Of a stretch of DNA of 64,000 nucleotides, positions 1 through 16,479 are shown piece after piece. Source of the DNA: Escherichia coli (lineage in GTDB: Bacteria > Pseudomonadota > Gammaproteobacteria > Enterobacterales > Enterobacteriaceae). The translations under genes and the position numbers were made by a program. Position 1 is the stretch's first letter. Every line of letters starts with the position of its first letter. The DNA lies in the NCBI RefSeq assembly GCF_045037415.1, contig NZ_CP173438.1; one strand, given 5' to 3'. The notes beneath the pieces were generated by a model that ran no database searches, was not told the DNA's origin, and saw nothing but the letters and a program-made list of their open reading frames with translations.

Positions 1-3
1 TCA

Positions 4-456
4 GTGCCGCCGCTGCGTGAGCGGGGCGATGATGTCATTCTGCTGGCGGGGTATTTCTGCGAGCAGTGTCGTTTGCGGCTGGGGCTCTCCCGCGTGGTAT
101 TAAGTGCCGGAGCGCGAAATTTACTGCAACACTACAATTTTCCGGGAAACGTGCGCGAACTGGAACATGCTATTCATCGGGCGGTAGTATTGTCGAGAGC
201 CACCCGCAGCGGCGATGAAGTGATTCTTGAGGCGCAACATTTTGCTTTTCCTGAGGTGACGTTGCCGCCGCCAGAAGCGGCGGCGGTGCCCGTTGTTAAG
301 CAAAATCTGCGTGAAGCGACAGAAGCGTTCCAGCGTGAAACCATTCGTCAGGCACTGGCGCAAAATCATCACAACTGGGCCGCCTGTGCGCGGATGCTGG
401 AAACCGACGTCGCCAACCTGCATCGGCTGGCGAAACGTCTGGGGCTGAAGGATTAA
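4..456 (+). CDS. norR: NorR-like sigma54-dependent transcriptional activator, C-terminal fragment (5' end lies outside the window)
   Basis: ORF runs from the window edge; C-terminal sigma54-activator/HTH region (GNVRELEH motif); position next to gutQ matches norR synteny. Confidence 0.75.
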   Translation: MPPLRERGDDVILLAGYFCEQCRLRLGLSRVVLSAGARNLLQHYNFPGNVRELEHAIHRAVVLSRATRSGDEVILEAQHFAFPEVTLPPPEAAAVPVVKQNLREATEAFQRETIRQALAQNHHNWAACARMLETDVANLHRLAKRLGLKD

Positions 457-1418
457 ATAATCCCGGCCTGATAGAAATCCTGCAGGTTAATTGCGCCGGT
501 GAGTTTGCCGTTTTCATCCACTACCGGTGCGGCGGTGATTTTTCGTTTCATCAGGATTTCTTTGGCGTCGATGGCACGGCTTTGCGATTGCAACGTGGTG
601 CCGTCGACCGTCATCGCTTCATTGACTGGCGTGGTGAGTGCGCCGCCGCCAACCAGCCAGCGACGTAAATCACCGTCGGTAAAGACGCCTTTCACCAGTC
701 GTTGATCATCGCACACTGCCACCAGACCTAAACCGGTGCGGCTAAGTTCCAGCATCGCGTCCATCACGCTGGCGGTTAACGCTACCTGCGGGATGGCATC
801 GTCACGACGCATAAGATGATGCACTTTGTTCAGCAAGCGAGCGCCCAGTGCCCCGGCTGGGTGGGAGCGTGCAAAATCTTCTTCATTAAAACCACGCGCC
901 TGCATGACTGCCATCGCCAGCGCGTCGCCCATCATCAGGGTATTCACGGTGCTGGAGGTCGGCGCAAGGTGCATCGGGCAGGCTTCGCGTTCTACGGAGA
1001 TATCCAGCACCGCTTTCGCCGCCAGGCCCAGCGGTGACGTCGGTTTTCCGGTCATTGCCAGCAGCGCGATAGATTTGTCTTCCAGACGCGGAATAATGAG
1101 ATCCAGTTCCTTCGCGCCACCGGAATAAGAGATAAACAGCATCACATCGCGGCTTTCAATCATCCCCAGATCGCCGTGCAGTGCTTCTGCCGGATGGACA
1201 AAAAAAGCCGGTGTGCCGGTGCTGGCAAGCGTTGCGGCGATTTTCTTACCAATGTGGCCCGATTTGCCAATTCCCGAAACCACCACTTTGCCTTCGCAGT
1301 GCAGGATGATATTGGCGGCGCGAACGAAATCATCGCCCAGACGTTCCGGTAAATGACTTGCTTCCTGCAACTCCAGCATTAACGTCTGACGTCCCGCGTT
1401 CAGTAGTGCTTCACTCAT
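453..1418 (-). CDS. gutQ: Arabinose-5-phosphate isomerase (SIS + CBS domains)
   Basis: 321 aa ORF, SIS-domain motifs, last gene of glucitol operon. Confidence 0.9.
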   Translation of the reverse strand: MSEALLNAGRQTLMLELQEASHLPERLGDDFVRAANIILHCEGKVVVSGIGKSGHIGKKIAATLASTGTPAFFVHPAEALHGDLGMIESRDVMLFISYSGGAKELDLIIPRLEDKSIALLAMTGKPTSPLGLAAKAVLDISVEREACPMHLAPTSSTVNTLMMGDALAMAVMQARGFNEEDFARSHPAGALGARLLNKVHHLMRRDDAIPQVALTASVMDAMLELSRTGLGLVAVCDDQRLVKGVFTDGDLRRWLVGGGALTTPVNEAMTVDGTTLQSQSRAIDAKEILMKRKITAAPVVDENGKLTGAINLQDFYQAGII

Positions 1419-2184
1419 TGCTCTCTCCGGTTATGATCACGTCGATCCCTTTTTCTTCCAGCGCCTGACGAAACGCTGGATCGATACCTGCGTCGGTAAT
1501 CAGCTTATCGACGCTTTCAAGACTACAAACCACGTTGGGGCTTTTACGACCAAACTTCGATGAGTCAGCCATCAAAATCACTTCGCGCGCGGCATTGCAC
1601 ATCGCCTTACTGACGGTATAAACCTCGTTGAACGTGGTTACGCCCGCATTGAGATCGATGCCGTCGGTGCCCATAAACAATTTATCGAAGGTGAAATGCT
1701 CGAAGGCATTCTCTGCCAGTTGCCCGTGAAATGAGGCCGATTTTTTACGAAATGTTCCGCCTGGCATCAGGATAGTTTGTTCGTTATCCAGTTCGGATAG
1801 CGCATTGACGATGTGCAGACTGTTGGTCATCACCGTGATGTTATTAAAACGTGAGAGCAGAGGCACCATCTGCAACACGGTACTGCCAGCATCAAGAATT
1901 ATTGAGTCGCCATCATGAATAAAACCAACGGCAGCTTCTGCAATCAGCTCTTTCTTGTGGGTGTTGATAAGCGTTTTATGATCGATAGGCGGATCGGATT
2001 CCTCTTTGTTCAACACCACGCCGCCATAAGTACGAATGACGGTTCCGGCATGTTCCAGAATGACCAGATCTTTGCGAATGGTTGTGCCTGTGGTGTCAAA
2101 GTATTGCGCCAATTCTTCAACCGAGCATTTACCCTGCTTTTGCAGATACTCCAGAATGGCGGCCTGACGCTGACGAGGTTTCAT
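1411..2184 (-). CDS. srlR: Glucitol operon repressor, DeoR family
   Basis: 257 aa, N-terminal HTH plus DeoR sugar-binding domain; operon position. Confidence 0.9.
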   Translation of the reverse strand: MKPRQRQAAILEYLQKQGKCSVEELAQYFDTTGTTIRKDLVILEHAGTVIRTYGGVVLNKEESDPPIDHKTLINTHKKELIAEAAVGFIHDGDSIILDAGSTVLQMVPLLSRFNNITVMTNSLHIVNALSELDNEQTILMPGGTFRKKSASFHGQLAENAFEHFTFDKLFMGTDGIDLNAGVTTFNEVYTVSKAMCNAAREVILMADSSKFGRKSPNVVCSLESVDKLITDAGIDPAFRQALEEKGIDVIITGESNE

Positions 2185-2250
2185 GGGCGTGATTACCTGA
2201 TTTAGGTTTCAAAATGATAACTTCGCAAGCTAGTAACATTCACAACGAAA

Positions 2251-2610
2251 TTATCCACGTTTCAGTTTAAGCGCCAATGATAGAGCATTCTGTGATAGTG
2301 GATCATGGGGAAAGATCACATCGGGCTGTAAATCACCCGCATGCATGCCGGTAATTGCGGGAATTTTTTGCGGTCGGGCGAAGACGGTCAGTCCTTTCAT
2401 AAACAAGGTGTCGACGATGCGCTGCTGATCGTCCAGCGCGATGGCGACCACGACCCGTGGTTTAAAGCGCCCGCTGGAACGTCCCACGCCAACGCGCCCT
2501 TGTTGGCATAGTGTGTCGAAGGCACGGTTAAAACGAGAAATTTGCCAACCGCCTAAGGCCAGTTGCGCACACCAGGCGATAACGGCGACGGTGATGAGTG
2601 CGGATACCAT
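2251..2610 (-). CDS. gutM: Glucitol operon activator
   Basis: 119 aa ORF between srlD and srlR. Confidence 0.85.
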   Translation of the reverse strand: MVSALITVAVIAWCAQLALGGWQISRFNRAFDTLCQQGRVGVGRSSGRFKPRVVVAIALDDQQRIVDTLFMKGLTVFARPQKIPAITGMHAGDLQPDVIFPHDPLSQNALSLALKLKRG

Positions 2611-2641
2611 AACTTCTCCGTGATGTAGTGGCGGAAGTCCT

Positions 2642-2712
2642 GTAGGCCTGATAAGCGTAGCGCATCAGGCATTCTATTAGTCGCGCGGAGATCCTTAAAA
2701 GATCTCCGCTGT
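2642..2712. repeat. REP-like palindromic unit plus hairpin between srlD and gutM
   Basis: gtaggcctgataagcgtagcgcatcaggc motif followed by inverted repeat ggagatc...gatctcc. Confidence 0.55.
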
Positions 2713-2715
2713 TGA

Positions 2716-3870
<1,155 letters not shown>

Positions 3871-3880
3871 GTTTCAGCCT

Positions 3881-5418
<1,538 letters not shown>

Positions 5419-5656
5419 TTATTGTTTTATTACCAAACGGCAATCTAATCTAATCAGATTGAAAGATTTAAAAGTGTTATTTTGATCGCAAAATGAAAGA
5501 TAAATATTTTATTTTGAAAGTTTGTATAAAGAAGGTAGTGAGGAGAATGAGTTGAGTTATGTAAAGTCCGTATCGGGCAGTGACTACCGCTTCCTTGTGC
5601 GGGGCGGGATGCTTTACCATACTTGCCCCTGGTTGAATCTGTTAAATGGACCCCTC

Positions 5657-6742
5657 ATGTTCAAGCGTCGTTATGTAACATTGCTTCCCCTTTTTGTGTT
5701 GCTTGCCGCCTGTAGCAGCAAGCCAAAACCTACTGAGACTGAAACGACCACCGGAACGCCGTCTGGCGGCTTCCTGCTTGAGCCGCAGCACAATGTGATG
5801 CAGATGGGCGGTGACTTCGCCAATAACCCGAATGCCCAGCAGTTCATCGACAAAATGGTGAACAAACACGGTTTCGATCGTCAGCAGTTGCAGGAAATTC
5901 TCTCCCAGGCGAAACGTCTGGATTCGGTACTGCGGCTGATGGATAACCAGGCACCAACCACATCGGTGAAACCGCCATCAGGTCCGAACGGCGCATGGCT
6001 GCGTTATCGCAAAAAATTTATTACGCCGGACAACGTGCAGAACGGTGTGGTTTTCTGGAATCAGTATGAAGATGCGTTGAATCGCGCGTGGCAGGTGTAT
6101 GGTGTACCGCCGGAAATTATCGTCGGGATTATCGGCGTTGAAACCCGCTGGGGGCGCGTGATGGGGAAAACTCGCATTCTCGATGCGCTGGCAACGCTGT
6201 CATTTAATTACCCTCGCCGCGCGGAATATTTTTCAGGTGAGCTGGAAACCTTCCTGCTGATGGCGCGCGACGAGCAGGACGATCCGCTCAATCTGAAAGG
6301 TTCCTTTGCAGGTGCGATGGGTTACGGTCAGTTTATGCCATCGTCTTACAAACAATATGCGGTGGATTTCAGCGGTGACGGGCATATCAACCTGTGGGAT
6401 CCGGTTGATGCCATCGGTAGTGTAGCGAACTATTTCAAAGCGCACGGCTGGGTGAAAGGCGATCAGGTGGCGGTGATGGCAAACGGTCAGGCGCCAGGCT
6501 TACCGAATGGCTTCAAAACCAGGTACAGCATTTCACAACTTGCCGCAGCTGGACTAACGCCGCAGCAGTCGCTGGGGAATCATCAGCAGGCCAGCTTGCT
6601 GCGTCTGGATGTTGGCACTGGTTACCAGTACTGGTATGGTCTGCCGAACTTCTACACTATTACCCGTTATAACCACAGCACTCATTACGCAATGGCGGTC
6701 TGGCAGTTAGGACAGGCCGTGGCGCTGGCGCGCGTGCAGTAA
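5657..6742 (+). CDS. mltB: Membrane-bound lytic murein transglycosylase B
   Basis: Start placed at MFKRRYVTLLPLFVLLAACSS lipoprotein signal (361 aa); the ORF track's longer 5' extension is probably not translated. Confidence 0.88.
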   Translation: MFKRRYVTLLPLFVLLAACSSKPKPTETETTTGTPSGGFLLEPQHNVMQMGGDFANNPNAQQFIDKMVNKHGFDRQQLQEILSQAKRLDSVLRLMDNQAPTTSVKPPSGPNGAWLRYRKKFITPDNVQNGVVFWNQYEDALNRAWQVYGVPPEIIVGIIGVETRWGRVMGKTRILDALATLSFNYPRRAEYFSGELETFLLMARDEQDDPLNLKGSFAGAMGYGQFMPSSYKQYAVDFSGDGHINLWDPVDAIGSVANYFKAHGWVKGDQVAVMANGQAPGLPNGFKTRYSISQLAAAGLTPQQSLGNHQQASLLRLDVGTGYQYWYGLPNFYTITRYNHSTHYAMAVWQLGQAVALARVQ

Positions 6743-6780
6743 CTATTTGCAAGAGGGAGGTTAAACTTCCCTCTGTTATC

Positions 6781-7020
6781 TTACTGTTTATTCGAATGGC
6801 GTAATTGCTTGATTTTTTTCGACAGCGATATCGCATATCCCAGGCAGACAACGCCTAACGCAGCCTGACCGAAGTCAAAAGGTTCAAGATAGCCAGAAGA
6901 TAAAACTTTACATATCACGGAAATCAGTGCGCTGATGCCGCCAATGATGACCCACATACGCATTTGTGTGGTTTGTTTGAGCACGTTTTGTGGGGTGTTA
7001 TCCGTTTTCTTTATTGCCAT
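6781..7020 (-). CDS. Hypothetical small membrane protein (79 aa, two predicted TM segments)
   Basis: Internal ATG of a longer ORF, preceded by GGGAGAG Shine-Dalgarno 7 nt upstream; hydrophobic segments MWVIIGGISALISVICKVL and AALGVVCLGYAISL; not a gene I recognise. Confidence 0.35.
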   Translation of the reverse strand: MAIKKTDNTPQNVLKQTTQMRMWVIIGGISALISVICKVLSSGYLEPFDFGQAALGVVCLGYAISLSKKIKQLRHSNKQ

Positions 7021-7201
7021 TGCTATTCTCTCCCTGTGAATACATATCAATGTGAACGCGGCATGGTAGCGCTTTTTCTCTACCGACTGGCCGCAACAGT
7101 CTTTTTTCGGAACGCGACTCGTAAAATGAATCGCTCGTCCCCATCTTTTGCGGGAAAGTGCTATCTTGTCCGGCATAAATTTTTGACTGACAGAGGTTGT
7201 G

Positions 7202-7695
7202 ATGACTGAAAGTGAACTGATGCAGTTAAGCGAACAGGTTGGGCTGGCGCTGAAAGCCCGTGGCGCAACCGTAACAACTGCTGAGTCTTGTACCGGCGGT
7301 TGGGTAGCGAAAGTGATTACCGATATTGCCGGCAGTTCCGCCTGGTTTGAACGCGGATTTGTCACCTACAGTAACGAAGCAAAAGCGCAAATGATCGGTG
7401 TACGCGAAGAGACGCTGGCGCAGCATGGCGCGGTGAGCGAACCTGTCGTGGTGGAAATGGCGATAGGCGCACTGAAAGCGGCTCGTGCTGATTACGCCGT
7501 GTCTATTAGTGGTATCGCCGGGCCGGATGGCGGCAGTGAAGAGAAGCCTGTCGGCACCGTCTGGTTTGCTTTTGCCACTGCCCGTGGTGAAGGCATTACC
7601 CGGCGGGAATGCTTCAGCGGTGACCGTGATGCGGTGCGTCGTCAGGCTACTGCGTATGCATTGCAGACCTTGTGGCAACAATTTCTACAAAATAC

Positions 7696-7699
<4 letters not shown>
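7202..7699 (+). CDS. pncC: NMN amidohydrolase (CinA C-terminal domain family)
   Basis: 165 aa; GAGGT SD 5 nt before ATG; position upstream of recA. Confidence 0.9.
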
Positions 7700-8840
<1,141 letters not shown>

Positions 8841-8861
8841 TCGTCTTGTTTGATACACAAG

Positions 8862-8890
8862 GGTCGCATCTGCGGCCCTTTTGCTTTTTT
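8862..8890 (+). terminator. Rho-independent terminator downstream of recA
   Basis: GC hairpin gggtcgcatctgcggccc followed by T-run. Confidence 0.6.
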
Positions 8891-8908
8891 AAGTTGTAAG
8901 GATATGCC

Positions 8909-9409
8909 ATGACAGAATCAACATCCCGTCGCCCGGCATATGCTCGCCTGTTGGATCGTGCGGTACGCATTCTGGCGGTGCGCGATCACAGTGAGCAAGA
9001 ACTGCGACGTAAACTCGCGGCACCGATTATGGGCAAAAATGGCCCGGAAGAGATTGATGCCACGGCAGAAGATTACGAGCGCGTTATTGCCTGGTGCCAT
9101 GAACATGGCTATCTTGATGACAGCCGATTTGTTGCGCGCTTTATCGCCAGCCGTAGCCGCAAAGGTTATGGACCTGCGCGTATTTGTCAGGAACTGAATC
9201 AGAAAGGTATTTCCCGCGAAGCGACAGAAAAAGCGATGCGTGAATGTGACATCGACTGGTGCGCACTGGCGCGCGATCAGGCGACGCGAAAATATGGCGA
9301 ACCTTTGCCAACTGTCTTTTCAGAAAAAGTTAAGATCCAGCGTTTTCTGCTCTATCGTGGCTATCTGATGGAAGATATCCAGGATATTTGGCGAAATTTT
9401 GCCGACTGA
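8909..9409 (+). CDS. recX: RecA regulator RecX
   Basis: 166 aa ORF immediately downstream of recA. Confidence 0.93.
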   Translation: MTESTSRRPAYARLLDRAVRILAVRDHSEQELRRKLAAPIMGKNGPEEIDATAEDYERVIAWCHEHGYLDDSRFVARFIASRSRKGYGPARICQELNQKGISREATEKAMRECDIDWCALARDQATRKYGEPLPTVFSEKVKIQRFLLYRGYLMEDIQDIWRNFAD

Positions 9410-9537
9410 ACGCATACGGGATTTTACTTCCCAGTCAAGAAAACTTATCTTATTCCCACTTTTCAGTTACCAGCCGGGCGGTTAACGACACGCAACGGCT
9501 GGTAGCGATATTTCGTTAGCTTGATTTCAGGATAATT

Positions 9538-12168
9538 ATGAGCAAGAGCACCGCTGAGATCCGTCAGGCGTTTCTCGACTTTTTCCATAGTAAGGGACAT
9601 CAGGTAGTTGCCAGCAGCTCCCTGGTACCCCATAACGACCCAACTCTGTTGTTTACCAACGCCGGGATGAACCAGTTCAAGGATGTGTTCCTTGGGCTCG
9701 ACAAGCGTAATTATTCCCGCGCTACCACTTCCCAACGCTGCGTGCGTGCGGGTGGTAAACACAACGATCTGGAAAACGTCGGTTACACCGCGCGTCACCA
9801 TACCTTCTTCGAAATGCTGGGCAACTTCAGCTTCGGCGACTATTTCAAACACGATGCCATTCAGTTTGCATGGGAACTGCTGACCAGCGAAAAATGGTTT
9901 GCCCTGCCGAAAGAGCGTCTGTGGGTTACCGTCTATGAAAGCGACGACGAAGCCTACGAAATCTGGGAAAAAGAAGTAGGGATCCCGCGCGAACGTATTA
10001 TTCGCATCGGCGATAACAAAGGTGCGCCATACGCATCTGACAACTTCTGGCAGATGGGTGACACTGGTCCGTGCGGCCCGTGCACCGAAATCTTCTACGA
10101 TCACGGCGACCACATTTGGGGCGGCCCTCCGGGAAGTCCGGAAGAAGACGGCGACCGCTACATTGAGATCTGGAACATCGTCTTCATGCAGTTCAACCGC
10201 CAGGCCGATGGCACGATGGAACCGCTGCCGAAACCGTCTGTAGATACCGGTATGGGTCTGGAACGTATTGCTGCGGTGCTGCAACACGTTAACTCTAACT
10301 ATGACATCGACCTGTTCCGCACGTTGATCCAGGCGGTAGCGAAAGTCACTGGCGCGACCGATCTGAGCAATAAATCGCTGCGCGTAATCGCTGACCACAT
10401 TCGTTCTTGTGCGTTCCTGATCGCGGATGGCGTAATGCCGTCCAATGAAAACCGTGGTTATGTACTGCGTCGTATCATTCGTCGCGCAGTGCGTCACGGT
10501 AATATGCTCGGCGCGAAAGAAACCTTCTTCTACAAACTGGTTGGTCCGCTAATCGACGTTATGGGCTCTGCGGGTGAAGACCTGAAACGCCAGCAGGCGC
10601 AGGTTGAGCAGGTGCTGAAGACTGAAGAAGAGCAGTTTGCCCGTACTCTGGAGCGCGGTCTGGCGCTGCTGGATGAAGAGCTGGCAAAACTTTCTGGTGA
10701 TACGCTGGATGGTGAAACTGCTTTCCGTCTGTACGACACCTACGGCTTCCCGGTTGACCTGACGGCTGACGTTTGCCGTGAGCGCAACATCAAAGTTGAC
10801 GAAGCTGGTTTTGACGCAGCAATGGAAGAGCAGCGTCGTCGTGCGCGCGAAGCCAGCGGCTTTGGTGCAGATTACAACGCAATGATCCGTGTTGACAGTG
10901 CATCTGAATTTAAAGGCTATGACCATCTGGAACTGAACGGCAAAGTGACTGCGCTGTTTGTTGATGGTAAATCGGTTGATGCCATCAATGCAGGCCAGGA
11001 AGCTGTGGTCGTGCTGGATCAAACGCCATTCTATGCGGAATCCGGCGGTCAGGTTGGTGATAAAGGCGAACTGAAAGGCGCTAACTTCTCCTTCGCGGTG
11101 GAAGATACGCAGAAATACGGCCAGGCGATTGGTCACATCGGTAAACTTGCTGTGGGTTCTCTGAAAGTGGGCGACGCTGTGCAGGCTGATGTTGATGAGG
11201 CTCGTCGCGCCCGTATTCGTCTGAATCACTCCGCAACGCACCTGATGCACGCTGCGCTGCGCCAGGTTCTGGGTACTCATGTATCGCAGAAAGGTTCACT
11301 GGTTAACGACAAAGTGCTGCGCTTCGACTTCTCACACAACGAAGCGATGAAACCAGAAGAGATTCGTGCGGTCGAAGACCTGGTGAACGCGCAGATTCGC
11401 CGTAACTTGCCGATCGAAACCAACATCATGGATCTCGAAGCGGCGAAAGCGAAAGGTGCGATGGCGCTGTTTGGCGAGAAGTATGATGAGCGCGTACGCG
11501 TGCTGAGCATGGGTGATTTCTCCACCGAGTTGTGTGGCGGTACTCACGCCAGCCGCACTGGTGATATTGGTCTGTTCCGCATCATCTCTGAATCGGGTAC
11601 TGCTGCAGGCGTTCGTCGTATCGAAGCGGTAACCGGAGAAGGCGCTATCGCCACCGTTCATGCAGACAGCGATCGCTTAAGCGAAGTCGCGCATCTGCTG
11701 AAAGGCGATAGCAATAATCTGGCTGATAAAGTGCGTTCAGTACTGGAACGTACGCGTCAGCTGGAAAAAGAGTTACAACAGCTTAAAGAACAAGCTGCCG
11801 CACAGGAGAGCGCAAATCTTTCCAGTAAGGCAATTGATGTTAATGGTGTTAAGCTGTTGGTTAGCGAGCTTAGCGGTGTTGAGCCGAAAATGTTGCGTAC
11901 CATGGTTGACGATTTAAAAAATCAGCTGGGGTCGACAATTATCGTGCTGGCAACGGTAGCCGAAGGTAAGGTTTCTCTGATTGCAGGCGTATCTAAGGAC
12001 GTCACAGATCGTGTGAAAGCAGGGGAACTGATTGGTATGGTCGCTCAGCAGGTGGGCGGCAAGGGTGGTGGACGTCCTGACATGGCGCAAGCCGGTGGTA
12101 CGGATGCTGCGGCCTTACCTGCAGCGTTAGCCAGTGTGAAAGGCTGGGTCAGCGCGAAATTGCAATAA
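9538..12168 (+). CDS. alaS: Alanyl-tRNA synthetase
   Basis: 876 aa, class II aaRS motifs and C-terminal editing domain. Confidence 0.97.
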   Translation: MSKSTAEIRQAFLDFFHSKGHQVVASSSLVPHNDPTLLFTNAGMNQFKDVFLGLDKRNYSRATTSQRCVRAGGKHNDLENVGYTARHHTFFEMLGNFSFGDYFKHDAIQFAWELLTSEKWFALPKERLWVTVYESDDEAYEIWEKEVGIPRERIIRIGDNKGAPYASDNFWQMGDTGPCGPCTEIFYDHGDHIWGGPPGSPEEDGDRYIEIWNIVFMQFNRQADGTMEPLPKPSVDTGMGLERIAAVLQHVNSNYDIDLFRTLIQAVAKVTGATDLSNKSLRVIADHIRSCAFLIADGVMPSNENRGYVLRRIIRRAVRHGNMLGAKETFFYKLVGPLIDVMGSAGEDLKRQQAQVEQVLKTEEEQFARTLERGLALLDEELAKLSGDTLDGETAFRLYDTYGFPVDLTADVCRERNIKVDEAGFDAAMEEQRRRAREASGFGADYNAMIRVDSASEFKGYDHLELNGKVTALFVDGKSVDAINAGQEAVVVLDQTPFYAESGGQVGDKGELKGANFSFAVEDTQKYGQAIGHIGKLAVGSLKVGDAVQADVDEARRARIRLNHSATHLMHAALRQVLGTHVSQKGSLVNDKVLRFDFSHNEAMKPEEIRAVEDLVNAQIRRNLPIETNIMDLEAAKAKGAMALFGEKYDERVRVLSMGDFSTELCGGTHASRTGDIGLFRIISESGTAAGVRRIEAVTGEGAIATVHADSDRLSEVAHLLKGDSNNLADKVRSVLERTRQLEKELQQLKEQAAAQESANLSSKAIDVNGVKLLVSELSGVEPKMLRTMVDDLKNQLGSTIIVLATVAEGKVSLIAGVSKDVTDRVKAGELIGMVAQQVGGKGGGRPDMAQAGGTDAAALPAALASVKGWVSAKLQ

Positions 12169-12402
12169 TATAAGCGTCAGGCAATGCCGTGGACTCGCTT
12201 CACGGCATTCGCATTAACGCTATCGACAACGATAAAGTCAGGTTGAAGTTGTGTATATCGGCTAAACTTAGGTTTAACAGAATGTAATGCCATGACTGCT
12301 TAGATGTAATGTGTTTGTCATTGCTTACTTTTTGGCGTTATATGATGGATAATGCCGGGATACAGAGAGACCCGACTCTTTTAATCTTTCAAGGAGCAAA
12401 GA

Positions 12403-12588
12403 ATGCTGATTCTGACTCGTCGAGTTGGTGAGACCCTCATGATTGGGGATGAGGTCACCGTGACAGTTTTAGGGGTAAAGGGCAACCAGGTACGTATTGG
12501 CGTAAATGCCCCGAAGGAAGTTTCTGTTCACCGTGAAGAGATCTACCAGCGTATCCAGGCTGAAAAATCCCAGCAGTCCAGTTACTAA
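12403..12588 (+). CDS. csrA: Carbon storage regulator, RNA-binding global regulator
   Basis: 61 aa [18 protein letters not shown]... Confidence 0.97.
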
Positions 12589-12903
12589 TCTTTCCGCGTC
12601 TCATCTTTATCGGTGAGACGCACCCTCAAGATTTCTCTTTCACTCCATTGTCTTTTCGCTTTACTCCCGTTCATTCAACTTAAGTCTCCATTTTTTTGCA
12701 TTACTGCTATCTGTCAGACCTCCGTTTTTCTGTTGATAAAACACTCTTTTTGACGTTTTTACAGACTAATTGAGCGTGAAGTGTGCAAACGATAAAAGTG
12801 TGGGAAAAATTGTTTGACTTATAAGTCTCAGAAAGTAATATGTGCGCCACGCAGCGACGATGAGCGATAAACAAGTTCTTCGAAGCACTCGTAAGAGGCG
12901 TGT

Positions 12904-12996
12904 GGTGAGGTGGCCGAGAGGCTGAAGGCGCTCCCCTGCTAAGGGAGTATGCGGTCAAAAGCTGCATCCGGGGTTCGAATCCCCGCCTCACCGCCA
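12904..12996 (+). tRNA. serV: tRNA-Ser (anticodon GCU)
   Basis: 93-nt cloverleaf with long variable arm, anticodon loop CTGCTAA, 3' CCA encoded. Confidence 0.93.
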
Positions 12997-12999
12997 TTT

Positions 13000-13076
13000 G
13001 CATCCGTAGCTCAGCTGGATAGAGTACTCGGCTACGAACCGAGCGGTCGGAGGTTCGAATCCTCCCGGATGCACCA
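13000..13076 (+). tRNA. argV: tRNA-Arg (anticodon ACG), copy 1
   Basis: 77-nt gcatccgtagctcagctggatagagtactcggctacgaaccgagcggtcggaggttcgaatcctcccggatgcacca; anticodon loop CTACGAA. Confidence 0.93.
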
Positions 13077-13140
13077 TCTCTTACTTGATATGGCTTTAGT
13101 GGCGGTATCAAAAAATCTGCAGTAAAGTAAGTTTCCCGAT

Positions 13141-13217
13141 GCATCCGTAGCTCAGCTGGATAGAGTACTCGGCTACGAACCGAGCGGTCGGAGGTTCGAA
13201 TCCTCCCGGATGCACCA
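13141..13217 (+). tRNA. argY: tRNA-Arg (anticodon ACG), copy 2
   Basis: Identical 77-nt repeat. Confidence 0.93.
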
Positions 13218-13279
13218 TCTCTTACTTGATATGGCTTTAGTGGCGGTATCAATATCAGCAGTAAAATAAATTTCCCGAT

Positions 13280-13356
13280 GCATCCGTAGCTCAGCTGGAT
13301 AGAGTACTCGGCTACGAACCGAGCGGTCGGAGGTTCGAATCCTCCCGGATGCACCA
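13280..13356 (+). tRNA. argZ: tRNA-Arg (anticodon ACG), copy 3
   Basis: Identical 77-nt repeat. Confidence 0.93.
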
Positions 13357-13419
13357 TCTCTTACTTGATATGGCTTTAGTAGCGATATCAATATCAGCAG
13401 TAAAATAAATTTTCCCGAT

Positions 13420-13496
13420 GCATCCGTAGCTCAGCTGGATAGAGTACTCGGCTACGAACCGAGCGGTCGGAGGTTCGAATCCTCCCGGATGCACCA
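13420..13496 (+). tRNA. argQ: tRNA-Arg (anticodon ACG), copy 4
   Basis: Identical 77-nt repeat. Confidence 0.93.
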
Positions 13497-13611
13497 TATT
13501 CTCCGTAACCTTCAGCAATGAAGGTATCGAAGAGGTAGCGGTATTAACCGCAGGCACCAGGGAGGATAACGTTGCGCCAGCAGCGGCCCGAAGGGCGAAC
13601 GCCAGTGAGTC

Positions 13612-13633
13612 ATCCTCCCGGATGCACCATATT
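13612..13633 (+). repeat. Orphan duplicate of the tRNA-Arg 3' end (22 nt) about 110 bp downstream of copy 4
   Basis: atcctcccggatgcaccatatt is identical to 13479-13500. Confidence 0.7.
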
Positions 13634-13776
13634 ATCCAAAAAATTTCCTTCAAAAATATCTCATTTCTAAATAACTACTTTATCCATTTCCTGAATTTTC
13701 TTCTCCTTCTCCATCAGCGACAAAATCAAGCAATTACGCTAAAGTAGCGTCATATTTTTCGACTTGCGAGAAGACC

Positions 13777-14343
13777 ATGTACGAGCGTTATGCAGGTTTA
13801 ATTTTTGATATGGATGGCACCATCCTGGATACCGAGCCTACGCACCGTAAAGCGTGGCGCGAAGTATTAGGGCACTACGGTCTTCAGTACGATGTTCAGG
13901 CGATGATTGCGCTTAATGGCTCGCCCACCTGGCGTATTGCTCAGGCGATTATTGAGCTGAATCAGGCCGATCTCGACCCGCATGCGTTAGCGCGTGAAAA
14001 AACAGAAGCAGTAAGAAGTATGCTGCTGGATAGTGTCGAGCCGCTTCCTCTTGTTGAAGTGGTGAAAAGCTGGCATGGTCGTCGCCCAATGGCTGTAGGA
14101 ACGGGGAGTGAAAGCGCCATCGCTGAGGCATTGCTGGCGCACCTGGGATTACGCCGTTATTTTGACGCCGTCGTCGCTGCCGATCACGTCAAACACCATA
14201 AACCCGCGCCAGACACATTTTTGTTGTGCGCGCAGCGTATGGGCGTGCAACCGACGCAGTGTGTGGTCTTTGAAGATGCCGATTTCGGTATTCAGGCGGC
14301 CCGTGCAGCAGGCATGGACGCCGTGGATGTTCGCTTGCTGTGA
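13777..14343 (+). CDS. yqaB: HAD-family sugar phosphatase
   Basis: 188 aa, DMDGT HAD motif I near N-terminus. Confidence 0.88.
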   Translation: MYERYAGLIFDMDGTILDTEPTHRKAWREVLGHYGLQYDVQAMIALNGSPTWRIAQAIIELNQADLDPHALAREKTEAVRSMLLDSVEPLPLVEVVKSWHGRRPMAVGTGSESAIAEALLAHLGLRRYFDAVVAADHVKHHKPAPDTFLLCAQRMGVQPTQCVVFEDADFGIQAARAAGMDAVDVRLL

Positions 14344-14768
14344 GTGAAGCGTTATCGCTTTTCTCGTTGTTTGCCAGTAGTTTTCTCAGCGCTACACTAT
14401 TACCCGGCAACTCCGAAGTCGTGCTGGTGGCAATGTTGCTTTCCGGAGTGAGTCATCCCTGGGTTTTAGTTTTAACAGCAACAATGGGTAATAGCCTTGG
14501 AGGGTTAACTAACGTTATCCTTGGGCGTTTCTTTCCATTGCGTAAAACATCGCGCTGGCAAGAGAAAGCTACCGGCTGGCTGAAACGCTATGGTGCAGTC
14601 ACGCTATTATTAAGCTGGATGCCCGTGGTTGGCGATTTACTGTGTCTGTTAGCGGGATGGATGCGCATCTCGTGGGGACCGGTAATCTTTTTTTTGTGCC
14701 TTGGTAAAGCGTTACGCTATGTTGCAGTTGCAGCAGCTACCGTTCAGGGCATGATGTGGTGGCACTAA
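14340..14768 (+). CDS. yqaA: Small inner membrane protein (DedA/SNARE-associated-like)
   Basis: 142 aa hydrophobic ORF overlapping yqaB stop by 4 nt. Confidence 0.85.
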   Translation: MSEALSLFSLFASSFLSATLLPGNSEVVLVAMLLSGVSHPWVLVLTATMGNSLGGLTNVILGRFFPLRKTSRWQEKATGWLKRYGAVTLLLSWMPVVGDLLCLLAGWMRISWGPVIFFLCLGKALRYVAVAAATVQGMMWWH

Positions 14769-14813
14769 TTGTAGGCCTGCACATATGGTCACCATTACAG
14801 TTATGCTAATTAA

Positions 14814-16397
<1,584 letters not shown>

Positions 16398-16406
16398 CAG
16401 AAAAGA

Positions 16407-16479
16407 AAAAGGCCACTCGTGAGTGGCCAAAATTTCATCTCTGAATTCAGGGATGATGATAACAAATGCGCGTCTTTCA
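16407..16479 (-). ncRNA. micA: MicA (SraD) small regulatory RNA
   Basis: Reverse complement reads GAAAGACGCGCATTTGTTATCATCATCCCTGAATTCAGAGATGAAATTTTGGCCACTCACGAGTGGCCTTTTT, matching the MicA sequence as I recall it, with intrinsic terminator. Confidence 0.85.

Noticed and set aside
6781-7365. Long 194-aa version of the minus-strand ORF between mltB and pncC
   Set aside because: Its 5' half overlaps the pncC coding sequence antisense and lacks an RBS; only the distal 79-codon portion with a strong SD is retained as a candidate.
9463-10497. 344-aa ORF antisense to alaS
   Set aside because: Entirely embedded antisense within a highly conserved essential gene; typical shadow ORF.
13000-13500. 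Regular repeat-spacer pattern that could be mistaken for a CRISPR array
   Set aside because: The repeats are 77-nt tRNA-Arg genes with cloverleaf structure and the spacers are themselves near-identical; this is a tandem tRNA array.
12707-13653. Two minus-strand ORFs (216 aa and 113 aa) spanning the tRNA-Ser/tRNA-Arg array
   Set aside because: They are read through the tRNA genes and their repeated spacers; the repetitive peptide sequence is an artefact of tandem tRNA copies.
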